From Campylobacterota bacterium (GTDB lineage Bacteria; Campylobacterota; Campylobacteria; Campylobacterales; QNZT01), in assembly GCA_022600175.1 (NCBI GenBank), contig JAHZKW010000137.1, positions 1-62,638 of the forward strand: 62,638 nucleotides of DNA, read 5' to 3'. Both the position numbers and the translations under genes were made by a program. Positions 1 to 10,781 of the stretch are shown here, in pieces; the first letter of the stretch is position 1, and each line of letters begins with the position of its first letter. A model generated the notes under the pieces. It ran no database searches. It had not been told where the DNA came from and saw nothing but the letters and a program-made list of their open reading frames with translations.

Positions 1-140
1 AAAACTACTCTCTACCTATATTATATATAAACAAGAATATAAAGATTTAGAATAAAGGAAAAGAGGATAAAAAATGTATGAATTGACCTAAGTTTAGTGC
101 TTGATAAGTCAAAAAAATTTAAAAATCTTTAAGAAATGTA

Positions 141-149
141 TGTTATAAT
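141..149 (+). promoter_or_regulatory. Extended -10 promoter element (TGTTATAAT) for the porin gene
   Basis: Exact TGnTATAAT lies 39 nt upstream of the ATG at 188. AAGGAG RBS at 177-182. Upstream sequence is AT-rich. Confidence 0.45.
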
Positions 150-187
150 TTCGGCTGAGCAATCTTAAAACAATATAAGGAGTTGAA

Positions 188-1504
188 ATGAAGTTTGCAA
201 AACTAAGTATAGCTGCGTTAGCAGTAGTAGGATTTTCTAGCAGTGCTATGGCACTAGATATGAGCGGTGTAACTGCTAAGCCATTTGCAGGTGTCAAATT
301 ATATTATGAGACAGTTGAAAGTGATGCTACAGGGTCAGATGATTTATTTGCACAAGGTAGTGCTACAACCCCAGGTGGTGCTTCAGGTCAAGCAGCAGTA
401 AATGTTGGTCTTACAGGTTCTCTTGATAAATGCTGGGGATATGGTCTAGAAGGATATATGGTAGATACGCTTGGTCTTGAAAATAATGTTGTTTCTAGAG
501 TAAGAATGGGGCAAGGTCTTGGTACTGATTCTGCACTTGATACACAAGCTTGGGCTTCGCAAGCATATGTAACATATAATGCATGCGGTACAGTTCTTTC
601 TAATACTACACTAAAAATTGGTAGACAATATTTAGATACACCTTTTGCGTTTACTGAAAACTGGAATATCGCACCTAATAGTTTTGATGCAATTGTTGCA
701 CTTAATCAAGATATTAAAAATGTAACATTAGTTGGTGCTTATGTTGGTAAAGGGAATGGAGCATTTGCAAGTGTAACTAATGGAAGTAAATTTGATAGTT
801 ATGCTACAGTGACAAGACCTGCTGCTATTAGTGGTAAAGGTGCTTATGCCGTAGGTGCATTAACTAACTTTATTGATGGTTTACCAATTAATGTTTGGTA
901 TTATGATCTTCCAAGTATTGCGACAGCAGCATGGATTGATGCTGGATATTCCCTAAAAGTGGCAGATGATACAAAAGTAGGTTTGGGTGCTCAATATGGT
1001 ATGATGTCACCAAGTACAAGAGTAACAGACCTTGTTGCAACAGCAGATGACACTTCTGGTTTTGCTGTGAAAGCAAATGGTAAAGTTGGTATGTTTAGTT
1101 TGATGGCTGCTTACTCAAGTATTGATGATAATGATGGTAATGCAGTTCTTCCTCTTGGAAATACTGCGACTAGTTTCAAAAAAACTAAACTTTATACAGC
1201 AGGTGTATATAATGACGGTACTGCAGTAGCTGTTCCTGGTTCAGATGCACTAAAAGTAAAGGCTGGTGTTAATCTTGGTTTTGGAAAAGTAGCAGTACAA
1301 TATATTACTTGTGAGAATGATAATAAAGCTTCAGGTCAAAATGTTGATGAGATTGATGTTATTTTAGGTACAAAAATTGCAGGAATTGGTGCAAAACTAA
1401 TCTATATCAATAGAGATGTAACTGAAGGGAATAATAATAATAATGGACTAGGATTAGGTGATAGTACACAACACGTACGTATTATCCTTTCTAAGAAATT
1501 CTAA
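188..1504 (+). CDS. Major outer membrane porin (Campylobacter MOMP-like beta-barrel)
   Basis: Signal peptide MKFAKLSIAALAVVGFSSSAMA. Alternating Gly/aromatic beta-strand pattern and a C-terminal Phe. Strong RBS, promoter and terminator consistent with a highly expressed gene. Confidence 0.8.
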   Translation: MKFAKLSIAALAVVGFSSSAMALDMSGVTAKPFAGVKLYYETVESDATGSDDLFAQGSATTPGGASGQAAVNVGLTGSLDKCWGYGLEGYMVDTLGLENNVVSRVRMGQGLGTDSALDTQAWASQAYVTYNACGTVLSNTTLKIGRQYLDTPFAFTENWNIAPNSFDAIVALNQDIKNVTLVGAYVGKGNGAFASVTNGSKFDSYATVTRPAAISGKGAYAVGALTNFIDGLPINVWYYDLPSIATAAWIDAGYSLKVADDTKVGLGAQYGMMSPSTRVTDLVATADDTSGFAVKANGKVGMFSLMAAYSSIDDNDGNAVLPLGNTATSFKKTKLYTAGVYNDGTAVAVPGSDALKVKAGVNLGFGKVAVQYITCENDNKASGQNVDEIDVILGTKIAGIGAKLIYINRDVTEGNNNNNGLGLGDSTQHVRIILSKKF

Positions 1505-1522
1505 GAAAAGATGTTTTTAAAA

Positions 1523-1548
1523 CTTAGGGCTTTTGCCCTGAGTTATTT
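1523..1548 (+). terminator. Rho-independent terminator after the porin gene
   Basis: CTTAGGGC-TTTT-GCCCTGAG hairpin with 8 bp. One pair is a G.U wobble only on the + strand. Followed by TTATTTCT. Confidence 0.6.
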
Positions 1549-2085
1549 CTAAAACACCACAAAAAACTCTACAATAATCATCACTCCAAATAAAATATTA
1601 TAAAAAGTCTTTTCTCTTTTTAAAAATGCTAATCGAAACCTTCGAATAGAGTCGCCACGGCCTGCTCTTGTTACTTGGTTATTGATAAAGCTTTTTTTAT
1701 GTACTTCAAGATTCTCTATTTGATCATCAGTAAGTGGAAGTTTACCTTGTGTCACCAAGAAAAGTGAATACTCTTTATTTAAAAACTGTGCAACGTTAGG
1801 CTCTATCTCTTTATGATCTTCTAGTTTTGTGAGTGAGTTAGCAACAATTGTGCGTGCTTTGAGTAGATTTATCCCTAAAAAAAAGTGGATAATGAGTGCT
1901 GCAAATACAAAATTTATATTGATCTCATAGATAACAAATGTGATAAATAGTGATGCTGTAAAAACAAATATAAAAGTGACAAAGTCATAACGACTAATTG
2001 CTTGTGTAATATTTTGATGATTTTCAGATGCAATATTGACCCAACTTTGAAAATCTTTGAATTGTTTTTTAATTGCAAAAACCAT
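1549..2085 (-). CDS. Hypothetical membrane protein (2-3 predicted TM helices)
   Basis: 178-aa ORF with AAAGGA RBS. Hydrophobic segments FVTFIFVFTASLFITFVIY, FVFAALIIHFFLGI and the C-terminal ILFGVMIIVEFFVVF. No family recognised. Confidence 0.5.
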   Translation of the reverse strand: MVFAIKKQFKDFQSWVNIASENHQNITQAISRYDFVTFIFVFTASLFITFVIYEININFVFAALIIHFFLGINLLKARTIVANSLTKLEDHKEIEPNVAQFLNKEYSLFLVTQGKLPLTDDQIENLEVHKKSFINNQVTRAGRGDSIRRFRLAFLKREKTFYNILFGVMIIVEFFVVF

Positions 2086-2173
2086 ATATAATTATCCTTT
2101 TGTTTTTTAGATCGGCATAGAGGTTAAATTCTAAATATATTTCGCTTCTTTTATCTAAAATATGTATGATTAG

Positions 2174-4136
<1,963 letters not shown>

Positions 4137-4137
<1 letters not shown>

Positions 4138-4454
4138 TGGAGTTTTGGATTGAACTAATAAAAACACTAGCGATTGCCACATATTTAGTAATTGGCTTTG
4201 TGATCGCATTTGAATCAGTACTCTGTATGAGTGGTTCACAGGTTGCAAAAGAGTGGGTACGTAAGCGTTATAAACTAAAAGGTTTTATGATGAGTACCTA
4301 TATCTTTTTCCCTATGTTACTTTTAGCATATCTCTTTTTAGAAGTGATTCCTTACTATAGTGGAATGACAAAAAAACTGGTGAAGTTTGATATCCCTAAG
4401 ATGCTTTATCATGTCTTTGAAGAAGAGAGTGATAAGTGTGAGAAAGAGGATTAG
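4137..4454 (+). CDS. Small hypothetical membrane protein (2 TM)
   Basis: 105-aa ORF whose ATG overlaps the ligA TGA (ATGA-type coupling). Two hydrophobic helices and an acidic C-terminus. Confidence 0.45.
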
Positions 4455-5014
4455 AGTCTCTTCTCAAATGCCTTAAATGCATCAATTTCTTCTTGTGTGA
4501 GGAAAAGACTCCAGTAGATTGAATCAACTTTAAATTCTCTATTTGGATAGGGGATATTGACACCATTGAAGTAGTGTTCATAACGATTGACCTGACGGTA
4601 AGGTGTCTCAAATGAAATATTATAACGTTTTTCATAGGGGTGTAAATTAGCACTTTGAATAACTGCTTTGGCTGCACTACTATAGGCACGTACCATTCCT
4701 CCAGTTCCAAGTTTAGTTCCTCCAAAATATCGCACAGTTAATAGTGCTGTGTTGATTAGTGACTCTCCTCGAAGTACACTGAGAGTGGGTGCTCCAGCAC
4801 ACCCTTTAGGTTCTCCATCATCACTAGAATTTTCTACAATTTGGTCAAATTCATTGAGCTTTCGATATGCCCATACGATATGTGATGCTTTAGGATGTTT
4901 TTGTTTGAGATCCAGTAGTGTTTCATTAAAAAGATCAATAGGGATCAAAGAGGAGATAAAGGTTGATTTTTTTACCTCGACTCTTTGTTCACAATGAACC
5001 TTTGTATAGTGCAT
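4451..5014 (-). CDS. YigZ/IMPACT family protein (UPF0029)
   Basis: Motifs KASHIVWAYR, DDGEPKGCAGAP and VRYFGGTKLGTGGMVRAY are typical of the IMPACT N-terminal domain. Confidence 0.75.
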   Translation of the reverse strand: MHYTKVHCEQRVEVKKSTFISSLIPIDLFNETLLDLKQKHPKASHIVWAYRKLNEFDQIVENSSDDGEPKGCAGAPTLSVLRGESLINTALLTVRYFGGTKLGTGGMVRAYSSAAKAVIQSANLHPYEKRYNISFETPYRQVNRYEHYFNGVNIPYPNREFKVDSIYWSLFLTQEEIDAFKAFEKRL

Positions 5015-8000
5015 TTAGACTTTTAATACCCGTTTAGGGTAAGAGAGTGCAATCACAGCAACTACAAGTGCGATGATGTAATAAAGATAGTTAGGGATTG
5101 GCACTGGATCACCTGCGGCATAAGAGTGCATGCCTGAAAGATAGTAGTTTACACCAACAAATGTCATAATAATCACAGCATAAGCGAGTGTTGATGCCAC
5201 AGCATACCAATAGTAATAGTTCTTTTTGATTGCAGGTATAAAACGAATATGCAACACCACAACATATGCTAAGATTGATATCCATGCCCATGTCTCTTTA
5301 GGATCCCATCCCCAGTATCGTCCCCATGACTCATTTGCCCATATACCACCTAAAAAGTTACCCACTGTAAGCATCGAGATTCCTAAGATAGCTGTCATCT
5401 CATTGATACGTGAAGCTTCTATGATACTTCTTGAAAGATCTGTTCGTTGATCTGTCTTGAAAATAAATAGTATCATGGTAAAAAATCCAAGTATCATACT
5501 CAGTCCCAAAAATCCATAACTTGCAGTAATGACTGATACATGAATATTAAGCCAGTAAGATTTTAAAACTGGTACTAGGTTTGTAATTTGCGGATCCATC
5601 TCATTGATAAATGTAGCCCCTAATGTAATACCCGTGATAATACCTGTTAATGCTGGAGCAATAAGTGAATATCTTGCAAATACAAGTCCTGCTAGTCCCA
5701 TAGACCATGCGACATAGAGCATTGCTTCATAAGCATTTGACCATGGAGCATGTCCTCCGATATACCATCTTGCTGCTAAGCCTAATGTATGGAGTAAAAA
5801 TGCAAGCGTTATGATTGCTAAAACAATTTTTGATGCCAGTTTAATGTTTATCGTAGGTTTAAGCATCTTTGTCATAATCAATAAGAGTAAGATAAGACCT
5901 GCAAAAAGATAGACAAGAATTAATTTATTAAATAGTGAAATACGTTTAAAAAACTTCTCCGCATCAAGTTTACTTTGACTAGGTATGATTTCTGAAGCGA
6001 CTGAATGTTGATATGTTTTTATATAGTTGAGCGCTTGATCTGCATGTGTCCAATCTTTTGATGTTTGTGCAGCTGCAACTTCATCAAAGTAGTTTACAAA
6101 CATTGTACGGATCATTTCACTATCTTCTGACTCAAAGGTACTAATAGCATCTTTAACAGAATACCATTTATGGTTTATATCTTTAGGTTTTGGCACTAGT
6201 TTCATAAGGTCACCAGTAAAAACCATATAAGCGATATTGAGTCTTTCATCTGTTTTAATCACTTCTCTATCAAATTGATTACGTTGTATAGGTCTTTTGA
6301 CAGAAGATTCTTGAATATCTTCTGCCAGTTTATAGGCTGGTTGCTTGGAATAGTCAAAAAAGTCACTAAATGATGCTAATTGTTCTGTATTTTGAAGACC
6401 AAGGATCTTTTTTACTTTACTATGTTTGACACTGATAAACTTTATCTCTTGCCATGCTCTAGGTGAAGTGATCATACCTAATAAAATCTGATTTGAATCT
6501 AAGTCATAAAGTTTTGATTTTTTAGCAAGTTTGAGTAGTACTTCATTGGAAAATGTATCTAATGGTTTGATACGTCCATCTACAGTTTGCACTAAAAGAT
6601 CACCAAATTTAGCTGCATGTACTTTGTCATAGCTTTGTGCAATTTGTAAGGGATCATTTGTAGGTGTATCAGATGCTTGAAGCGAGCTATGTGTTGTAAA
6701 GGATAGTGCGATCAAGATGAGTGGAAGAGTTTTTTGTAAAGTCTCTTTTTGGATTGAGGCAGCCAATTTTCTAAAGCGACTTTTAGGGTTTAAAATATTA
6801 AAGATAAAACCAAGTGTTAGTAAAAAGTAGCCAATATAGGTAGGTATCTTGCCAGGATCGTTATTGACAGACAAAATTGTTCCACCTTCATCCATATCAT
6901 AAGAGGATTGGAAAAAACGATGGCTTTTGTAATCTAGTACATGGTTCATAAAGATACGAAATGGCATTGTCACACCATCTGCTTTATCAATTAAAGTAAC
7001 TTCACTGGCGTATGATGATGGAGATGCCGAACCAGGGTATCTCTCTAGTTGAAAATCATTAAGCTTGATACCAAAAGGAAGTTCAATCAATTTTGCACCC
7101 CACTCAAAGTTAAATTCTATATTTTCAATTGTAGTTGAAGCTTTTCTTCCTTGTGTTCCTTTACCAAAACCATACATAATAACTTCTTCATCTTGATTAT
7201 TATAGTTTAGGTTGGCAACAAGTGCAGAAGGTATTGTACCTTGCATAGTTCGTCCACCTTCTAGCTTGGCTGAAGAGAGGTAAGAGACTGCTTTACTAAA
7301 GATCTCTTTTGGGACAAATTTTGCGATACCGACATCATAAAGTTTTCCTTTCTCAAAAACATGTTCAACACCAGCTTCTAAAATACCTTTTGTACTATCG
7401 CTCATACGAAACCAAGAGGTATTAAGATCACTACGTAGATAAAATTGATCATCTTTGGTATAGATATTGATTATAGGTTTGTCAGATTGCTCAACATTTT
7501 TATTGAGTGTTATTATTGTATTTTTACCTTCAAACTCTTTTCCATTTTGGAGTAAAAATTGACTTGGTTTTGTTTCATTTTCCAAAATAGTTAAGTCAAT
7601 CATAGCAATACCGTTAGGATCTTCTTTGATAGCACGTTGCGCGTTTGGTATGTAATCTTTATAGGTTAAAAGTGCAGTCTTTCCATCAATGTCTAATGCA
7701 AGTTCAAAATTATTGGAACTAATTTTTGACATTAATATTTTAAGTTCATTGTTGTACTGTTTGTCACCATCATGTGCTTTAATTTGTATATAAGAGTCAC
7801 TAGATCGAATGAGATTTGATGTATCACCTTCTCTAATATGCATAATACCTTCATATCCAATATAACGTGTGATTGCCGCACCAATAAGTACAACAATAAA
7901 TCCCCCATGAAATAATAAAAGCGGTAATTTTTCACGACGAAAAAGGTTATATTTGAAAAGATTACCAATGAGATTGATTGCAAGTAAAATTTGGATGAGT

Positions 8001-8152
8001 TCAAACCATTTGGCGGTATAGATCACTGCCCATGCCGTTTCTGTTCCATGATCATTCTCAATAAACGTTCCCATCGCACTTGCGACACCAAAGAGAATGG
8101 TCAAGGTGATCATTAACTCCATTGAAAAAAGAAATTTTTTAATATTTTTCAT
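5015..8152 (-). CDS. ccsBA: Fused system II cytochrome c synthase CcsBA (ResB-like plus CcsA)
   Basis: 1045 aa. N-terminal ResB-like TM and large periplasmic domain. C-terminal CcsA polytopic domain with the WWD motif WGRYWGWDPKETWA. The fusion is typical of Campylobacterota. Confidence 0.85.
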   Translation of the reverse strand: MKNIKKFLFSMELMITLTILFGVASAMGTFIENDHGTETAWAVIYTAKWFELIQILLAINLIGNLFKYNLFRREKLPLLLFHGGFIVVLIGAAITRYIGYEGIMHIREGDTSNLIRSSDSYIQIKAHDGDKQYNNELKILMSKISSNNFELALDIDGKTALLTYKDYIPNAQRAIKEDPNGIAMIDLTILENETKPSQFLLQNGKEFEGKNTIITLNKNVEQSDKPIINIYTKDDQFYLRSDLNTSWFRMSDSTKGILEAGVEHVFEKGKLYDVGIAKFVPKEIFSKAVSYLSSAKLEGGRTMQGTIPSALVANLNYNNQDEEVIMYGFGKGTQGRKASTTIENIEFNFEWGAKLIELPFGIKLNDFQLERYPGSASPSSYASEVTLIDKADGVTMPFRIFMNHVLDYKSHRFFQSSYDMDEGGTILSVNNDPGKIPTYIGYFLLTLGFIFNILNPKSRFRKLAASIQKETLQKTLPLILIALSFTTHSSLQASDTPTNDPLQIAQSYDKVHAAKFGDLLVQTVDGRIKPLDTFSNEVLLKLAKKSKLYDLDSNQILLGMITSPRAWQEIKFISVKHSKVKKILGLQNTEQLASFSDFFDYSKQPAYKLAEDIQESSVKRPIQRNQFDREVIKTDERLNIAYMVFTGDLMKLVPKPKDINHKWYSVKDAISTFESEDSEMIRTMFVNYFDEVAAAQTSKDWTHADQALNYIKTYQHSVASEIIPSQSKLDAEKFFKRISLFNKLILVYLFAGLILLLLIMTKMLKPTINIKLASKIVLAIITLAFLLHTLGLAARWYIGGHAPWSNAYEAMLYVAWSMGLAGLVFARYSLIAPALTGIITGITLGATFINEMDPQITNLVPVLKSYWLNIHVSVITASYGFLGLSMILGFFTMILFIFKTDQRTDLSRSIIEASRINEMTAILGISMLTVGNFLGGIWANESWGRYWGWDPKETWAWISILAYVVVLHIRFIPAIKKNYYYWYAVASTLAYAVIIMTFVGVNYYLSGMHSYAAGDPVPIPNYLYYIIALVVAVIALSYPKRVLKV

Positions 8153-8327
8153 AGCCCCTCCATAAAAGAGAATATTGTAGCGAAATAAAGCAAATAAATT
8201 AGGTAAAGTGTTAGAATAATCTTAAAAATAAGAATAATAAATTATTTTAATAAAAAAGTAAATATAGTTAAACTATAATAGATGAAGTATGTTAGCCGAC
8301 ACTTCCGCAAATGTCGACTAACGAAGT

Positions 8328-8356
8328 AAAAAGTTTAAAGACCCGCATCTTTAAAC
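8328..8356 (-). terminator. Rho-independent terminator (minus strand) downstream of the lipoprotein gene
   Basis: On the minus strand, GTTTAAAGA-TGCGGG-TCTTTAAAC (perfect 9-bp stem) is followed by TTTTT. It lies about 95 nt downstream of the stop at 8450. Confidence 0.5.
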
Positions 8357-8449
8357 CCTTCACATTCAAAAGGAGTGTTGAATGAATTTGTTTACTCTGA
8401 AAGTATAAGATAGTAAAGTAAACAAATAGTTAATCACATCCCTTTTTTA

Positions 8450-8947
8450 TTACAAAGTATCTATTTTTTCTACAGTTGGTACTTTGATAGTAGAACTCTT
8501 CCTTTTTCCCGTTTTAATTTTTGTAGAGTGTCGTGAGATTTTTGTTAAAAAGTTGTCTTTAACAGTGATAGAAACTTTTGATTTAATAGGACGAAGATCT
8601 TTATCATAGTAAAAAGTGATTGGATTTGACTCACCGTTTTTAATAAACGCATAAACATAAAGGTTGACATCTTTATCATAGGTAGTATCAATAATAGTAC
8701 CAGTAGCTTGGTAAATTTGTGATGCATCACTAATATAGTTACCATTGAGTTTTGTACGTGACTCAATTGGCGTATCTTTGATAATAGGTGCATTTTTAAC
8801 ATTTTTAATTGTGGCATAATCTTGTTTATTTGCAGATCTTGTTTCAGTCTGAGAGTATATATCTTCAAAAAAACCTTTTGTTTTCGCTGTACAGCCACTA
8901 AAAACTAGGGTAATAATAAGTAGGGATGATAGTTGTCTATATTGCAT
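8450..8947 (-). CDS. Putative lipoprotein
   Basis: Lipobox LVFSGC at the end of an N-terminal signal peptide. 165 aa. No recognised domain. Confidence 0.6.
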   Translation of the reverse strand: MQYRQLSSLLIITLVFSGCTAKTKGFFEDIYSQTETRSANKQDYATIKNVKNAPIIKDTPIESRTKLNGNYISDASQIYQATGTIIDTTYDKDVNLYVYAFIKNGESNPITFYYDKDLRPIKSKVSITVKDNFLTKISRHSTKIKTGKRKSSTIKVPTVEKIDTL

Positions 8948-8975
8948 ATAGTCTCCTTTTTATGGAGTATATTAT

Positions 8976-9989
8976 CTAAATTTTTTTAAACCATTCTAGT
9001 TTATCTACCCCAACTTGATGAGAATGCAGTGATTGTAAGTTGGTATCTATTTGTAAAACATCCCCTTTTTGCATATGCGAGGCTGTGAAAAAAAGTTGAT
9101 GGTCAGTATAGGAGAGAGAGGCTTCGAGCATACTCTGACCACCCTCTATCATAATAAATTTATATTGTTTAACTCTTTCTAGTGTATCTTCTATAAAAAC
9201 TTTACGATTTTTAACTTTAAAAAGAGGTATTTCAAAATCAAATATTTTTGATTGTGAATAGATCAAAATATCAGGTGCTTTACCTCCAGTAAGTCGACAA
9301 TCAAGAGTAGGTCTATCCACTCGTACAGTGTTACCACCAATGATCAATAGGTCTATTTTTTCTCTAAGTTTATGTACTAAGGTTCGTGATTCCAATGAAC
9401 TGATAATACCACCACTATAGACACCATTTTGGGTTTTGGCAAGTTTAAAAAAAAGATATGGATCACCTGTTTGCCACTTTTTGAAAGGTTCTAAGAGTAG
9501 TTCACACTCTTTTTGCAAGACGCCTTCACTGACATTCACTCCACTATTTTTTAAAATGGAGGCTCCACCACTTGCTTTTGGATTTGGATCCATTGTACCA
9601 ATGACAATCTTTTTGAACCCCAGTTCTTTGACAAGCAGAGAGCAGGGCGGTGTAGATCCTGTATGGTTACATGGTTCAAGTGTGACATAGATAGTTGCGC
9701 CTAAAAAATAATTATGATGGTGTTTTAAGACATATTGATGTTTTTCTATAGGATTTTTGATCTTTGAAACTTTAGTATCACCTAATAAAGTTAAAGCTTT
9801 TGTAATGACATTCAGCTCTGCATGTGCAGAACCTGCTTCATGATGAGCATCTATCGCGATGAGTTTTTCATGTTGATCTAAAATAAGTGCTCCAACCGCA
9901 GGATTAGGATAAGTAAGACCTTGGTATTTCCAGGCTTCATCTATGCAGAGTTGCATATAAAAAGCATCATCTACCATTGATCTTACCAC
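8976..9989 (-). CDS. ribD: Bifunctional riboflavin biosynthesis protein RibD (pyrimidine deaminase/reductase)
   Basis: CMP/dCMP-type deaminase zinc motifs HAELNVI and TLEPCNHTGSTPPC, followed by a C-terminal RibD reductase domain. Confidence 0.9.
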   Translation of the reverse strand: MVRSMVDDAFYMQLCIDEAWKYQGLTYPNPAVGALILDQHEKLIAIDAHHEAGSAHAELNVITKALTLLGDTKVSKIKNPIEKHQYVLKHHHNYFLGATIYVTLEPCNHTGSTPPCSLLVKELGFKKIVIGTMDPNPKASGGASILKNSGVNVSEGVLQKECELLLEPFKKWQTGDPYLFFKLAKTQNGVYSGGIISSLESRTLVHKLREKIDLLIIGGNTVRVDRPTLDCRLTGGKAPDILIYSQSKIFDFEIPLFKVKNRKVFIEDTLERVKQYKFIMIEGGQSMLEASLSYTDHQLFFTASHMQKGDVLQIDTNLQSLHSHQVGVDKLEWFKKI

Positions 9990-10414
9990 TCAAAATAGGT
10001 TTTAGCTTTACTGATCTCATTAAAGTCGATTTGACGTTCTTGTTTAGCATCTTTATCGTAACAAGTAATTGTCTGACCCTCAATGCTAAGGATTTTACAT
10101 TTGAATTTTTCCCCGTTGATAAGCTTGATTTTTGCCAATTCGTCAATAGAGTGGGCAAAATGTGATATTGACGTTAGTTTACGATCAATGCCTGGAGAAC
10201 TTACTTCAAGTGTATATTCCCCACCTACAGGAGGGTCAAGGTCAAGGATTGGAGAGATTATTTTTGTGATTTTTGTACACAAATCTAGTGAAACTCCACC
10301 TTTAGCTGTGATATAGATACGAAATATTTTTCTCTCTTCTTCATGTACGGTTTCTGTATCATAAAGTGAAGCACCTGCATCACTGATGAGTTGGGTTAGT
10401 ATAGTATTATCCAT
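9983..10414 (-). CDS. rimP: Ribosome maturation factor RimP
   Basis: LEVSSPGIDRKL motif. Sits directly downstream of infB-rbfA in an overlapping operon. Confidence 0.8.
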   Translation of the reverse strand: MDNTILTQLISDAGASLYDTETVHEEERKIFRIYITAKGGVSLDLCTKITKIISPILDLDPPVGGEYTLEVSSPGIDRKLTSISHFAHSIDELAKIKLINGEKFKCKILSIEGQTITCYDKDAKQERQIDFNEISKAKTYFEW

Positions 10415-10772
10415 CGTTTTTATGTAACTCTTTTTCTATTTTTGCGAACAAATCATCAATATTATTCTGTTGTTCAAGAGAGTGATCAAATTTAAATTTA
10501 AATTTAGGGCATCGGTACCACCCCTCAGCTTGTTTACAGTAGTTTTCTATATAGCTACCTGCTTGGCTGAGATGTTTGATGATATAAGGTTCCTCACCCT
10601 TATCTACAAATGAGGGATCCAGGTAGACCTCCGCATCATATTTACCCCGAGAGCACTTGACATCAAGTACAGGGATATTATTGATTTTTGCATCTGATAG
10701 AGATGCAATTGCTTCTGGGACAAGCTCTCTAAGTACAGATTCAACACGTAAGAGTTTTATGCTTTTATCCAT
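10407..10772 (-). CDS. rbfA: Ribosome-binding factor A
   Basis: Size (121 aa), RbfA-like N-terminal region (RVESVLRELVPEAIASL) and position immediately after infB. Confidence 0.8.
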   Translation of the reverse strand: MDKSIKLLRVESVLRELVPEAIASLSDAKINNIPVLDVKCSRGKYDAEVYLDPSFVDKGEEPYIIKHLSQAGSYIENYCKQAEGWYRCPKFKFKFDHSLEQQNNIDDLFAKIEKELHKNDG

Positions 10773-10781
10773 CTTTATATC

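Noticed and set aside
109-297. A 62-aa minus-strand ORF across the porin promoter and start.
   Set aside because: It overlaps the porin promoter, RBS and signal-peptide coding region on the opposite strand and has no independent signals.
8283-8330. A 15-codon ORF (MKYVSRHFRKCRLTK) immediately after the TATAAT at 8274-8279.
   Set aside because: It has no Shine-Dalgarno sequence, and the ATG is only 3 nt from the -10 box, too close even for a leaderless mRNA. The sequence is better explained as the arms of the 12-bp hairpin.
9983-10100. I looked for an FMN riboswitch upstream of ribD.
   Set aside because: The ribD start (9989) overlaps the rimP stop (9983), so there is no leader region and no RFN-like element. 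ribD is read as part of the infB-rbfA-rimP operon.
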